NCBI GenBank assembly: GCA_017499595.2
Contig: CM038998.1
Coordinates: 1,860,001 to 1,924,000 of the forward strand
Direction of reading: 5' to 3'
Length of the DNA stretch: 64,000 nt
From: Psilocybe cubensis
Lineage: Eukaryota
Made by a program: the position numbers and the translations under genes. Shown piece by piece: positions 24,083 to 38,547 of this stretch. Each line of letters starts with the position of its first letter. Position 1 is the stretch's first letter. The notes below the pieces were generated by a model. The model ran no database searches, was not told the DNA's origin, and saw only the letters and a list, made by a program, of their open reading frames with translations.

Positions 24083-25193
24083 ATGTCAGATGAACCTCTA
24101 ACCTTCAATCGTAAGCAATTATATCCTGCAATATCTGACACTCTCTCATACATATCTGATTGCAGAGACGGTTCATGCCATAGCAGAGTTTAGTTAGTCT
24201 TGCGATTCGCTTGCCCCCATGATAACATCTGATACATATACCCTTTAGTTGAAGTTGCCATCCACACCATCCTCTATGTTCGACAGGTATACCCAGCAGA
24301 GATATTTGTGCGGCGCAAGAAATACGAGACGCCTGTCTTTCAATCGCGCCACCCAGCCCTTAACGACTACATTACTGGTGCAGTGAAAGCCATAGCAGAT
24401 GAACTCGTCCACGTATGCTCTCACCATGTCTATGCATTGCCAATCATTCAAATAGTAATGTTAGGGGAAAATAGACAAGGTCGTTGTTGTTCTCAAAGAT
24501 AAAGAGCAAATTGCTTTGGAGAGGTATATCTTCTCTATCGAGACCATGATTCAAATCGAGGGATTCAATAAGGATGTTGGGTACGTTTTCTTCGTCTTAT
24601 TGTTGTCTTTTTCCTATACTCAAGCGCAAGTAGAGTAGAAGATGCCATGACACCCTCATCTCTTATGCAGTATTTCAGATCTTTCCTCATCAAGCTCAAC
24701 ATGATAGAAGCGCAAATAGGACAAATGCACATGGGAGGTTCGTCGTTCGAATTACCTGCCTTTTTCTGCATTGCGAATGGTTCTGCTACTTTAGATGATC
24801 TTTCATTTGCTATTATCCTCGAATTGAAAGACGATGCTGCGCCCACGCACTCAAATACAAAGGTAGTAGGCATAGTAGCATTCTTGTGCTTTTGCGTTTG
24901 ACCTACCTGGATATCTGACCCTAGGACCCTCCACCATGGATTCCTGCTGTAACTCAACACACAACCTCGGGTACTACGAAGCAGGCCGAATTGAACATGA
25001 TTCGCGCAGTCAACACAGGCATCATCAATGTAAGAGCATTACTGTGCCGTGCACAGCACAGTCTAACATCACTTTCCAGCTTTCTTTGGCTGTGCAAGAA
25101 TCAGGTGAGAAGATTGCGCGCGAGCAACAAAGGAGGCGACCCCGAAAAAAAACACCAGTTAATGATAATAATGTTGAACCAAAAGTACAATAG
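24083..25193 (+). CDS. REV7: HORMA-domain protein, DNA polymerase zeta subunit Rev7-like (many short exons)
   Basis: EVAIHTILYVRQVYPAEIFVRRKKYETPVFQSRHPALNDYI, LERYIF, QYFRSFLIKL, SFAIILEL, PPPWIPA, IRAVNTG. Confidence 0.85.
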
Positions 25194-25236
25194 ATAATAT
25201 AACACAACCATTACATGACCCTCTAAAAATTGTAAC

Positions 25237-27081
25237 CTAAACGTCCACGCGGATGCGTTGTATTACAGGTATAATTCGATCCCATTCCTCCATAGCCTGC
25301 CATATTTTGTCTGTTAGCTATGATCACGTTTAAATTGATTAGACATACTGCTTTATAGAATTCAATTTCGCCATCAGCAAGGTTTCCTAACATCTCCTTC
25401 ATCTCTGCTGCCTTTGAGTATTGGAAAATAGTCTGCTCTCGAAGAGTTTCGTCACTAAACGCATCTGATGTCTCATGGGCCGTCGTCACAGCGTCCTGGA
25501 GCTAGATAACATGATGATGAGTCAATGAATTACGCAGAGATCATGTGGTTATAATGGTTACTTCTTTGATCTTAAGGTCAAGCTTGCGCATTTTCTCTAC
25601 ACGACTTCGGTCATCATCAGCGCCACGGATGGCATCGACACGATCCTTTAAGTAGGCACCAAGGCCAAGCCCGGTACTACCAGCGTGGCCGCTTATGACT
25701 GCAGCCAGTCGATCGCGTTCTGACGTCACACCGGACAAGTAATCCGACAACTCCTCAAAATCCAGTTGTTTCTGGTCTCTCAGCTTGAGAACAGCTCGAT
25801 TTGCGTGGGAATAGGTGAGTAACGAGTGAAGGTGAACAAGAAGAGGATCGGTAGTAGTTTGGGTCTGCAACAAAGTCAATCAATCTTTGTAAATCTGAGA
25901 GTTTATGAAACTTACAGTATGACGAAGCAGCGCAGAAAACTCGAGTAGTGTGTTCGAGAAATGATTCAAGGGATCTGTAATACCTGATTCCAGGAAACCT
26001 AGACCTTGTACAGCGACGGCCAAGTCGTGGTAGTCCGCAGTAAGATCTTCACCGGATTCAGGATTGCCATCTCCTTCAGCCTCAGACCACAAAAACAAGT
26101 AAGGTAAAAAGTAGTTTATGAAAACTCACCGCTTGTTCTCCCTCTTACGCGATTAAAAAGACGCTCGCTGAGCACAAGGCCTTCTTCAAACTTGTCCACA
26201 TTCTCTCTCATGGTGAGAAACCGTTCATCTGGCTTGCGCACCCGGGCGAAAGCGTTCAGTAGCGTGTCTGAGATGTTGTCTATAAGACCTTGGGTGTGCT
26301 CGCTGTTTGGAGGGTGTGCGACGTGCTGGTGCATATGAACATGCTGCAGAAGTAGGTCAAACATGTGCCCGGTTATGATATATCATTAAAAATCATCATA
26401 CCCATTCAGTCGACTCGAAGAAAGCGCGAACTAGCGTGCTCCTTTGAAGAGTAGGGTGTCGAGCCAATCGTTCTAGGAATCGGTGTAGACTGAAGGAATA
26501 GGAATTCAATCGAATTTCAAGCGTAAAGGAGAGATTGACGCACTCTAATCTTCGTCGTTCCATGAATTCTGGACTGAACCTATCACCAGTGATGTATTCT
26601 ATCGAGCAATAAGTAGAGGCTCAAATCGAACATATGAAGAGATCCTACCCAAACGGTGTTTTTCTGGAAGGGCAGGCACCACACATGCCGGAAAGTCTCG
26701 AACAAGATGTTCCCTCAAAAAGACAAAGTCCTGGAAGCGGCGGCGAGAGGATGGATTAGGGGTTGAGAATATAGGAAGGTTTGTCTGTTCATTATTATGA
26801 GCATCGGGATAATGCGCAGATCTATATCTGGTAGATACCTTTGCTGATACCAAGTAAGATACATACGCATCTTTGGTCTCCGCCAGCTCTTTGACGGGGT
26901 CTCGGACTGAGGTTATAAGGTACCCTTCCCATTTCGGTTGGTGCGGGTCCTCGTTGGAGTCAAATGTAGTCTGCCTGAATCCAGGACCTTGTGAGACGAT
27001 AGCTTCCGAGGGGTCGTAGGTTGGTGCGTTGGGAGATTCCCAGGTGACGCTGTCAAAGACGTCCTCGTCGTCGCCTAGCAT
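25237..27081 (-). CDS. SNX4: Sorting nexin-4 / Atg24 (PX-BAR)
   Basis: PX motifs VRDPVKE..YVSYLV, RRRFQDFVFL, VPALPEKH, FLERLARHP; LKLRDQKQLDFEELSDYL; ends EEWDRIIPVIQRIRVDV*. Confidence 0.92.
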
Positions 27082-27191
27082 AATGTGAGGAGAGTGCTTT
27101 AATTACATAACGTGCTGCGAGACAGCTCTATGGACCACGGAAGCATTGGAAGGAAACAAGCATCAATAACTACTCTCCTTTCTTCTTCACC

Positions 27192-29673
27192 ATGCCATCC
27201 CACCAACGGCCGGCTTTTTGGCCTCTGGCCCTTCTTATATCGTCTATACTATCTAGTTTAATATCGTTTGCTGCTGCGTATACCGTCCCAATAGTTGATA
27301 CAGGTGTGAACTGGACACGTTTACATGGTTGACATTGACCCTCACTTACCACCAAAACCTATAGATTATTCTCGCCAAACATGTAGTGGAATGTGGGGTG
27401 GTCCCTCAGCATACATTAATGGTATGCAATCCACCGGGACAATATTTTCATACCCTTTGATTCATCGTCCACACAGTGACTTTCGACATCGCATCACAGG
27501 GAGACTTGGCAATGATTATATACGAATGGACGGATGTGAAGTATCTCGGGAAGGAAACTGCTGGAGACCCAGATGACGATCTGCCGGTAAGCCTGCTCAT
27601 AATCTTAAATGCTGACTCCTTTAATTCTCAACGCCATCTCATAGCAGAAGACATATGTTTGCACTTCCAGCGCCGTGTCGGCAGGCTACTGCACACGCGC
27701 ACAACTAGGGCGTTTTATTCTCGATCTCCCAGTGGGTAAATCTATAAATGACACGAGCTTTTGGTCAGCTCGCGTACAACTCCCCGCCAACAAAACTACC
27801 TCACCAAAAGCATCTAATGGATTTTGGGACAACCCCGAAGGTAACCCGACTCCCCCAATTAGCCCATACGCATCTCCTTGGCGCCGGGACGTTGACGACG
27901 TTGAGCTTGTTGCAAGATGGCCCAAGACTCCCACAGGTCTGGACAACTCCATAATTTATGATGGACCAATCCACTACCCTGTCGAGAAAACTGGCTTCTA
28001 TTGCGTTGGCAAGTTTCGAACTCAAATATGATTATATGGTTTATAGTATTAATCCTTCCACAGCCGCCATTCCTGTAACTGTTCAGGGGTCAACTCGCAG
28101 AGCCGATACAGATGTTCCATATCACCCGTCATACAAAGGGACAGTTCTCTTCAAAAACACTTTCGACGGAGAACTTCCTGCTACGGATTACCCCAAAGTT
28201 GTCGTAAGTTTAATGAAAATCCTTTATGATTGGAAAGGAGTTCTTACACGAAAGCCAGTTCTACTTTGTTATGTTCATTATTTACAGCCTTTTTGCTTTT
28301 CTCTGGGGTTGGTTTTGTTATCGTCACATTCATGAGCTATTACCCATTCAGGTAAATGACACGGTGTAATGGGAATGTCCAATACTGACGTGTATCTAGT
28401 ACTATCTTTCGGGTCTTGTGGGACTATTGGTCATTGAGATGTTTGCAAATTGGGGTGGGTTTCTGATTCACTTCGAGCTGTCAAACTGTTTTCCATTTTA
28501 CTCTGCTCTTTAGTATATTACAGATATCTCAATGCACATGGCAGATCAACTGCTTCTACTGTATTCCTCATTGTCGGTGAGTTGGTTGTTCTAACCTTGA
28601 TATATCCAACCTGATAGATGACAGTGGCAATTCTTGACGCCGGTCGCAATTCAATGTCATTCTTCATGCTTTTGGTGGTATCACTTGGCCTAAGTGTCGT
28701 TCGGGAATCACTGGGACGAACCATGCTGAAATGTCAAGCTTTAGCTGTGGCCCATTTTATCTTTGGGAGTAAGCTAACGATCATAATTTCATGGTGGTTC
28801 ATTGTCTGATGAAGCTTGCTTAGTCCTTTATGCTATCGGAATCGTTGAATTAGAGCTTGAATCGACATCCGCGCTCTTGCTTTTGATGTTCATCATCCCC
28901 CTTGCGTTCACTCTGAGCGCATTCCTGCTATGGATTATGTATGCACTAAATGGTAAATACCTGCATTATTTTTGCCATTTCAACTAACTAAAGCCAACAT
29001 AGCAACCATTACACACCTCCGTGCAAGGAAGCAACGATATAAGCTGTCGATGTTCCAAAAATTATATTATATACTTCTTTTCACGGTTTTTATCATCGCC
29101 ATATTCTTTGTGGTCTCATCCATGTCATTCTCAGGGAGATTGGCAGAAGGTAAGCGTACCTTATTGTCATTATGCTTTGAAATGTCTAAATCGAAGATAA
29201 GACTACTCCGCCAAATCATGGCGCGTTCGTTGGTGGCTGTTGGACGGCTGGCTCGCCCTACTATATCTGTTTGGATTTACTGCGATTGCGTTTTTGTGGC
29301 GTCCGAGCGAGAACAACAGAAGATAAGTTCCTTTTCTTTTTGTTCAATTTTCGTGGTTTTGATTCAGATTCTTTTCTCCACATTGGCTATGTCAGATGAA
29401 ATTGCACAAGATGAGGCAGATGCGGAGGACTACGACCTTGAAGCTATCCAAAATCGAGGCCAGATGCGTGATGACGATGACGATGACGACGCCGCCACCC
29501 TTGTGGGTGGCAGGCGTGGCAATCCCAACCAGGTATTAACAGAGGACAACGTCGTATTTGAAATTGGCGACGAGGAAGATGACGAGGAGGACTCCAAAAA
29601 AAGAAAGAGTACTCGCCTTTCCGGTGAGAATCATACAGGTAGTGGGGAAGAGCGGGAAGGCCTTATGCGTTAG
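27192..29673 (+). CDS. PTM1/GPR107-like 'lung seven-transmembrane receptor' family protein
   Basis: Signal peptide, RQTCSGMW, YPVEKTGFYCV, FKNTFDGELPATDYPK, ILDAGRNSMSFF, RKQRYKL, WRVRWWLLDGW, WRPSENN, acidic tail. Confidence 0.88.
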
Positions 29674-29744
29674 ATAGGTTTGGGTAGCATCATGTAAATT
29701 ATAATTAGCAATACATTTATCGAGAGTACAGATCATCTGTACGT

Positions 29745-32700
29745 CTAACCGCGTATGCGTCCCGAAGACACAGTATACAGACGAGGGGCAATGTTCATAC
29801 TTTGTAATTCCTGAAGATAGCAAATTATAAGTGACAAGCAAAAATAATTACAGTGAAATCTACCTGGAAAAGTAATTTGGCAGCATATGGAATGTATAGC
29901 TGCGAGCAAGCGGTTTTGTTCTTGCAAGCTCGACACTGTGGCATAGTTGGTAGGGGTCATTGCGTGGAAGGTGAATGGAATACTTACTTCGAAGCTTTGC
30001 TTTTTCTGTTAGAAGAAATTTTTGAAATTCAGTGTTGTTTCGCAGCAACGTAGTGAAACAGCTTACAAGATTGGCGATAGCTGTCAGACCACAACTATAA
30101 AAGATGTACCTTTGTAAGTCATTGTTCCGAGGACTGGCGTTGCAACTTACATATCACAAACATGGAGTCGATAAGCATCACTAGCCTCAAATAGACGCTC
30201 CTTCAGGAATCCAGCAATACCATGGGAGATCATACAATCACGTTCCATCTCTCCGAAGCGGAGGCCACCGTCACGACTCCTACCCTCTACAGGTTGGCGT
30301 GTCAGGATCTGTACAGGGCCACGAGCACGAGAATGGATCTTGTCATCCACCATGTGCTTGAGACGTTGATAGTAAGTTGGTCCAAGGTAGACCTGAGCTT
30401 GAAGTTTGCGACCTGTATGACCGTGGTACATGACCTCCAGTCCACGAGATTGATAACCTTTCTGACGCAAAAATGTAGAAACCGATTCGACAGTAAGATC
30501 CGTAAATGGCGTCGCATCACCCTCGTTTCCAATAAGCGTAGCGACTTTCGACAGAAGACATTCGACCAAATGGCCAATGGTCATACGAGAGGGTATAGCG
30601 TGCGGGTTAATGATAATATCAGGGACAATGCCTTCTGATGTAAATGGCATGTCTTCCTGGCGATAGGTAATACCAATTGTACCCTTTTGACCATGGCGAG
30701 ACGCAAATTTATCTCCAATTTGAGGGATACGAGTAGATCTGACTCGAACTTTGACGAATTTCAGGCCATCAGAATTGGTGGTCAGAAGCACCTGATCTAC
30801 AATCCCGCTTTCCGTACTCTTCAGAGGGGTTGAGACATCTCTACGAGTATGAGTCCTCGTTCGCTGGCCAAGTTCTTCGCTATCGGGTGGTATAGGCGCG
30901 GTTTTGCCGATGATGATATCTTCGCCAGCGACACCTGTTCCCGGAGCAATAAATCCATCATCTTCAAGTTTGTCGTACGTTCCATGTTTAAGCCGCAGGG
31001 TATTTTCTCGAGTGGGTTTCTGAAATTCTTCTAGAAGTGTTACACCACTTTTCTTTTCGAGATCCATGTAGCTTCTGTAATAGATACTTCGGAAAAGGCC
31101 ACGATCAATAGAGCTTTGATTCATAATGACGGAATCTTCTTGGTTGTAGCCACTATAGCATAAAATGGCAACGATAGCGTTCTGTCCAGCAGGGAGTTCT
31201 CGGAATTTCAGGTATTCCATTGAACGTGTTGTCGCCAAAGGTTTTTGAGGATAATATAGGATATTGGCCATTGTATCCATGCGAATTAAGAAATTCGTTA
31301 GGTATATACCCATAGCTTGTTTGCCCATAGCAGATTGATATGTATTGCGAGGAGACTAGATATATCAAGCTTCAAAACTGATCTAAAGAACAAAATAAAC
31401 ATACGCACTTGATTGTGGTCTGGGAATGGGATGATGCTAGCGCAAATACCAAGTATCATACTGGGGTGAATCTCACAATGTGTCCAGGTGTGAGCATGAG
31501 TACCGGCTTTCAGTCGAGCTGCGGGGTCAAACTCTCCTTCGTTCGTTTGAGTGTCAATACCAGCTTGCTGATTGCGCGAATTCTCAAGGTCCTCTGGAGT
31601 CATCGATATCATGACGGTTTCCTCTTCTTCTGCATCTAACAATTCCACGACACCTGTTTTTATCAGATGCTCCCATTTGTATTCCTCTCCATCGTCATTA
31701 AGGCCGTTGCTGAGCCATCTAACATGCTTCTTTTGCAGAGACAATTGTTGTTTCTCTACGATGAAAAGGGGCCTGCAGACTCGACCAGCATCTGTATACA
31801 ACCGTAGTTCCTTTTCTCGAATGTCGCGTACGATTGAAACTTCAGGGCTAATATCATCTCTTCGCCTTAGTTTCTTGAGAGTTTTGACTAGATTAGCAGC
31901 ATCGCGATGCACACCCATCCAAACACCGTTTACAAAGACCTTTGTGCAAGGTGTCGAAGAATGTGCATTTTCCTCCAGCGATTCAAGACCCCATTCTTCC
32001 AAAAATTCGACAACAGGTGCCGACAATGAACCGACGGAGATACATGACATCAATGCAAGATTTTTCACCAATCCGCAAGCCTGTCCTTCTGGAGTTTCAG
32101 CAGGGCAGACCATACCCCAATGAGTGTTGTGTAGCTGACGAGGTTTGGCAATTTTGCCTTCGCGCCCCAGTGGAGTGTTACACCGACGTAGATGTGACAG
32201 TGTCGATGCATACGTGTACCGATTGAGCACCTGTGATACACCGGCCTTGGACGACATAGATTTTTTCTGATCTCCCCAATTTCCAGTGGCCAAGGAGTAC
32301 TTCAAACCATTAGTGATAGTCTGGTGTTTAACGGCCAAAGCAAGATTGAACTCTTTATGGGTTTCGACACACTGTGACAAATCAGAAATTTGTACATATG
32401 ATCTAACAAGACACGAACCTTCTGCAGGTACCGGTAAACATCTTTTGTCAACTTCCGGAAGAGCATACGGAAAAGGTTGGCAAGTAGAGGGCCAGCCAAG
32501 TCAAGTCGTTTCTTTCCAAAATGATCACGATCATCTAGTTCTCTTCGTTCAAGGGCCGCAAGCAAGAGACGATGGATCATGTAGCCGAAGAAATAAGCCT
32601 TCTTTGACTCAGAACCTTCACCCATAGAGACGTGGGGAAGCATCTCCTTCTGAAGAATTTCTTGTGCATACCGAATTCGGCGATCGCGGGGAAGACCTGT

Positions 32701-33899
32701 AGTAGTTCCACGATTACCGATGAAATCCAGGGCAACCTCCCTGTCTTGAATGACAAAGCCGTCATCGATACAAGGCTTGAGCATTTCTAGCATTTGCGAA
32801 TCTTGCATATCATAACAAATGTGTTCCAGGATGTCGCGATCGGATATGACACCCAGGGCACGGAAAACGACCCAGATAGGTATATCCACTTTGATATAAG
32901 GTATAGTTGCTTTCATGACGTTCCCGAGCTATGGTACAGATATTCATATACTTTTTCAGGGTAAGTTTTATAGCCACTCACCGAACGATCTTGATTCCTG
33001 TGGAACATCTTCACCTGGAACTGACTAATTGTTTTTCCTCCCCTCTCTACAGCACTACGAATCTCGGCAAGAAAATTGATAGGTGACGGTTGCGCTTTTG
33101 CAAAAACATAGACATGGTTTGTAGCCATGCGTTCTTGTGCAATCAAGACCTTCTCAGATCCATTGATGATGAAATAACCTCCGGAGTCATATGGGCACTC
33201 GTTCAAGTCGTATAAGTCTTGATCTTGAAGTCCTCGTAGAATGCAGAAAGTTGACCGAAGCATGATAGGAACCTTGGCTAATGGGTAGGAAATACCACAA
33301 AGGGTAATGAGTAATGACGCATACCTTGCCAATCCATACTTTAGTCGTATCCTGGGGGTTCTCCTCGTGTTCTTGTGTCCAGACGATATCCCCCGGAATT
33401 CCATTGGGATCCTCTCGACCAATCATCACTTTCTTCTTCATTTCAATGTAGAGGGGTGCTGAATACGTCAGGTTACGCAAGCGAGCTTCCTGTGGAAATA
33501 CGGGAACGACTGAGCCATCGGTTTCGGTGACTGTTGGACGTGAAAGGTAAATTTGTCCAAACTTGATTTCGTATCGACGAGTCATGTCAGTATCATGCCC
33601 AGAATGCTGATCTGCTTGGTCCAGTATCAAATCAGAGTTTTCGTCCACGAGTTCCTGCATGGTATTCTGTACGAATTCATCGAAAGAATCTAATTGCTGG
33701 CGAACTAGACCCTTTTGCTCGAAAAAACTTGAGATGACAGTCCAGCAGTCCTCTTGTGTTATCTCTGCATATGCCTCTTCATCTTCCTCCATACCATAGG
33801 TGTCATCTTCATAGTAGGTATCTTGCGTAGCCTCAGGATCTCCAAAGGGATTGAGCAAGATGTATTGGGTTTAGGAATGTAGAAGCTACCTTGAACCAT
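29745..33899 (-). CDS. RPB2: DNA-directed RNA polymerase II second-largest subunit
   Basis: [84 protein letters not shown]. Start MVQ|DPE at 33899. Confidence 0.99.
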
Positions 33900-34719
33900 A
33901 ACGTCAACAACTAATCAAAGTGGTCCACGAAACGTTAAGCACGACGGTATGTAGTATCTTGCCCACACAGAACAATTGTTCCCTGCAGGTGTGTTCCAGA
34001 ACGGGGAAAGAAATGAGGGATACAACAAAGAATGGTAAGCGAGAGTAACGCTGAGAGCTTCGACCTCCAACAAGTTACGAAGCGATGTTTGTCGTTGTTG
34101 TAATATGATCCCTCTGCACCATGATAATTCATGGCTTTGTAATCATCAATAAATATTATTAAATATAATGCGTTATAAGTAAAGTTATCTAAATTATTCC
34201 GTCCACTCAGGAAAACTTGACGATTTCGATGCCCCTACTGTTCAATGAGGTTCGCCACCTCACATCCCCAATTCCCCAGCAGTTCAACTTGTACCTTGGA
34301 TATATGTACTGTATGTGTACGAGAGGTCTCTTGAACAGTACTGGATCGCAATTCGTATTCTTTAGCCTTTTAGCCACCATCAAGAGTACCATGCGAAACT
34401 TGGCTTTCGACTGATCCATTTCAATGCTATTGAAACCCGTTGGCTCCAATAAAGATGCTTGTTCCAGATTGGAGTCTCTTCGGGTATTGGTTGACACTAG
34501 CTAGGTCTTGCATAGGGGGTTTGCGTCATGGTTATTCCTAAGCCCAACTGAAGTTATTAACCCTGTACGCCGGGCCGATTGCCTTTCCCTATCCTTGCTT
34601 TTGATTTTTCCCATCATGGCGTGCTCACTCAAAAGTGTGCTTTCACTAGGACTTCAGGTGGGAGGTTGACTAATCCTAACAAATCAACCTATCTCTCGAT
34701 CCAATCCCATACCTCAGCC

Positions 34720-36340
34720 ATGGTCCATCGAAATGTACCTGTCCCGGACGCTTACCAGTATTTTCCTCTCAACGAACCACAGATTGGAACGGTTCTACAT
34801 TCCAAGGTGATTAAAGAAACCAGGATTTCGGGATGCCCGTCGTCTGAACAATATCATGCTTTCAGGACACTGAGAAGGCGCCAATTTTGTTCAGGCCTAT
34901 TACGATAAACAATGTTGAATTCAAAAACAGGATTTTTGTTGCACGTAAACTCTTTGGTTACAATCTTCAACTGCATATGCTTACTCTGTTCTTTAGTCTC
35001 CGATGTGTCAGTATAGCTCAGATAACGGGCATGCAACGGACTGGCATTTAGTGCACATCGGGGTTTGTTTAAATCAGTGAAGATGCCCCCACAACCAGCT
35101 GATTCTTCTTCTGCATAGGGTTTTGCCAGTCGTGGAGTAGGTGCAATATGCATGGAAGCTACTGCTGTTCTTCCGGAGGGCCGTATCTCTCCTGAGGATG
35201 CTGTTGGTCATTATATGATGATGCGGAAACCAAACCTCACACAATAATTCAGGGCCTTTGGCAGGATTCTCAAATAGAACCACTTAAACGAATCGTCGAT
35301 TTCTCTCATGCACAAGGTACTAGGATCGGCGTACAACTGGCTCATGCCGGCCGTAAAGGTTCAACCCATGCCCCTTGGGTACAGAAAAAGGGCGGACACG
35401 GATTGCCCCACACCGCAATGGACAATGAAGGTGGCTGGCCCTCTAATGGTATATTCTGGCTTTACTTCAGCTTGTGGACGAAAAACTTACATAGCCGTAG
35501 TTTATGGGCCGAGCGAGTTATCGTTTTCGGACCACTTTTATCCTAATCCCAAGGAACTAAGCGAAGAGGGGTTATTAGAGATAGAAAACGCATTCGTATC
35601 ATCTATTGAGCGATGCAAAAAAGCAGGCTGTACGAATTCGTGTCTCTCATCTTTGTTGTTCAAGATTCGGCTCATTATACTCTCCAGATGATTTTATTGA
35701 AATTCACGGGGCACATGGTTATCTTCTCCATTCTTTTCTTTCACCTCTCTCAAACGTCCGTAAGGACCAATACGGTGGCCAGTCCTTGGAAAATCGAATG
35801 CGCTTTTTTATCAGACTTGTGGCCCGTTGTCGTGAAGCCTGGGTGGGAAAACCTCTCTTTGTCAGAATAAGCGCTGCCGAATGGGCTGACGGACCTGAAA
35901 GGACCGACGAGGGTGTATGGAGGCAATGGGGAATTGAGCAGAGCACAATCCTTGTCGGGAAACTCAAAGACATAGGTGTTGATCTCATTGATTGTAGTGC
36001 TGGAGGCAATTGGGTACACCAGAACATTCCAATTGGTCCCGGCTATCAGGCAAGCACAAATTCTCGGAGCTTGACTAGTATGCTTTGACCGAGTTTCTCG
36101 CATTCTTTATAGGTACCATATGCAGAAGCCCTCAAGAAAGCACACCCCGACATCGTTGTGGGCGCAGTTGGCTTGATAACGGAACCCCTTCAAGCTGAAT
36201 CCTACCTAAAGAACGGTCAAGCCGATGTTGTGTTTTTGGCACGCGAGCTGATGAGAAATCCACACTGGCCGCTTCTAGCTGCTCAGAAACTTCAAATCAA
36301 TGTGAAGCCCGCCAATCAATACGAAAGAGCATGGTTTTAA
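34720..36340 (+). CDS. NADH:flavin oxidoreductase / Old Yellow Enzyme family (YqjM-like)
   Basis: SPMCQYSSDNG, MEATAVLPEGRISPED, GVQLAHAGRK, DFIEIHGAHGYLLHSFLSP, DQYGG, GPGYQVPYAE, DVVFLARELMRNPHW. Confidence 0.93.
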
Positions 36341-36452
36341 AGTACATCTTACATTCTGGTAGATTTAAATTTTAAAAAGTGTGTTCTGTTTTTGGGGATT
36401 GGTTATCTATCGATAAGAGCATTCGCGTCCATCAACATGTTGTTCTCTATTT

Positions 36453-38547
36453 CTAGCTCTTTTGTTTTATTATCCCAGTGGATTCCTCCTCTTCCTTCAG
36501 TCGCTGTCGCTTTAAACGATACTGGGGGCCGATCCGCATTGCAATGTATAATAAAGGCAATACCAGGAAGGACATGCTGCTCATGATAACATACGTCCAT
36601 CCTGTACCTATCGCCTTGATAATTAATTCGATTACCGACACAATAGCAGCGCTCAGCGTGCAACGAATTAAGTTATTCTGGTTTTCGTTGAAATTTTATT
36701 ACTACTAATGAGAAAAAATGGCTACTCACGCATGCGGTGACAGAGGAACTTTGCCCTGGTGAAAGGTCTATCATCAATGTAGAGCTTGCGTTCATTACAG
36801 ATATGCTGATAAAACCACCTAAGAAAACGATGTCAGGCTAGCACAACCGTTGGTGTATTTAAATCTCACCGATAAAGTGTAAAATCAGGGGAATTGCTAT
36901 GTTTACCTTACGTTGAATACCCCAACCATACCCTGCACATACCACGCCTAGAACTATGGAAAAGAGGGGCATGAGTCGAAGGCGAGCCTGTTATCAACAA
37001 TATCCAATCATGAGAAATTAGGACGAAAGGGTGCTACAATTTGTGACCTTTTCGAGGGGAAAGTTTTCTTCCCAATTGGATCCTACATTGGAAGCTGTAA
37101 ATCTAGCTTCCGTCGACTTTTTGAATCGTTTGTATTCAAAATCGAGTATACGTCCAATTGCAACGCTCCCAATAGCCATCCCACCTCCTATTGCCAGAAA
37201 ACATAGACCAGTAGTGGTTTCCGTCAAATAAGGATATGTTTCAATGAAAAGGGTAGAAATGGTAGCCAGAAGTGCATAGAAAACAGCGCATGTAAGAGCA
37301 CTGATGAGCAACAGAACATCAATGTCAGGGTTTAAAAATAGGCGGAAAGGATTTCGGGGAACTTTCGAATTCGATTTGACTGCAAGGTGTTCGATTCCCC
37401 CATTTTTACGACCAATCAAAGGGATTACCGGTTGATAAATAAGAAACGTATTCTCTTTATTTCGGTTGGAAATTGCGAGTAAGGTTTCTGGTTGAAATCT
37501 TCCGGAATATAGCTAGCAGCTTGACGGGTACAAAAAAACTCACAATACGATGATAACAAAGCAGATAGCTGCTGCTATGCAAAGAAACCAGAATATGGAC
37601 CTGAAATAGGTCATTAATGTATGAGCACCAACATATTAATATGAGTTGACATACCTCCAACCGAGCCGGTCAGAAAGTACACCACCAATGACAGGGCCAA
37701 TGGCAGGACCTATCTACTCCACAGAAGAGAATATCATCAGAACCGGTAAGTATTTGAGATTCGAAGCTAACCATAGGGCCAATTGTGAAAACGCCGAAAA
37801 AGCCTCCTCTCTCTGCTCGGTTGGATATATCTCCAACTACCCCAGCACCTGAACACGCAAATTTAGTCGGCATTAAAAATGATCTACTTGAGAAGGTTTT
37901 ACCAATAGCGATTGTACTGGCTGATCCCGTGGCTTGCAAGCAACGTAAAACCATTAGTAACCAATAGTCAGAAGTTGGAACAAGAGCCAGTCCAATGCAA
38001 GATAAGGTTAAAATTAGCAGACATGTTGCAGAAATTGGACGTCGGCCGACATGATCAGAAAGTGGACCCCACAGCATGGGAGCTAGTCACTGTCTTTAAA
38101 TGAAGTATAACGAATCTCTCGAAAGCGGCACCCACCAACGCCTTGCAATATCATATACATAGTGACCTAAATCAAGATATAAGATCGTAAGCAAATGGGG
38201 GCAAAGAAAATGGACATACTGTGAGGTTAATGAGCTCCGTAGATTTGTTGAAAGCATGAGAAATCGTAGGTATGGCTGGGAAATATATATTGGCAGTGAA
38301 TGGACTTGAACGAACGTCAGGAAGGATGCTTTGAATTCATTCGAACCGTGACTCGCCTGAAGAATCCAACAAATGCAGTAAAAATCACGATGGACCACTT
38401 TTCTCTTTTGGTAAACCTGTCGCGATTAGGTTGAGCCTGAGGGTCTAGTTCGACTGTGTTCGTAATTGGGAGTTGACTGGGTTGGATAGATGTTCGAATT
38501 TGGGTAGATTCTTTGTTGTCGTCGCTAGATCGTCCGTGAATGGTCAT
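36453..38547 (-). CDS. MFS drug:H+ antiporter (Qdr-like)
   Basis: WGPLSDHVGRRP (motif A), LRCLQATG, GDISNRAERG, GPAIGPVIGG, YGWGIQRKV. Confidence 0.9.

Noticed and set aside
34207-34497. 96-aa minus-strand ORF in the RPB2-OYE intergenic region
   Set aside because: Non-ATG start, no recognisable motif and no clear splice partners; cannot be supported as a gene or relic without a homology search.
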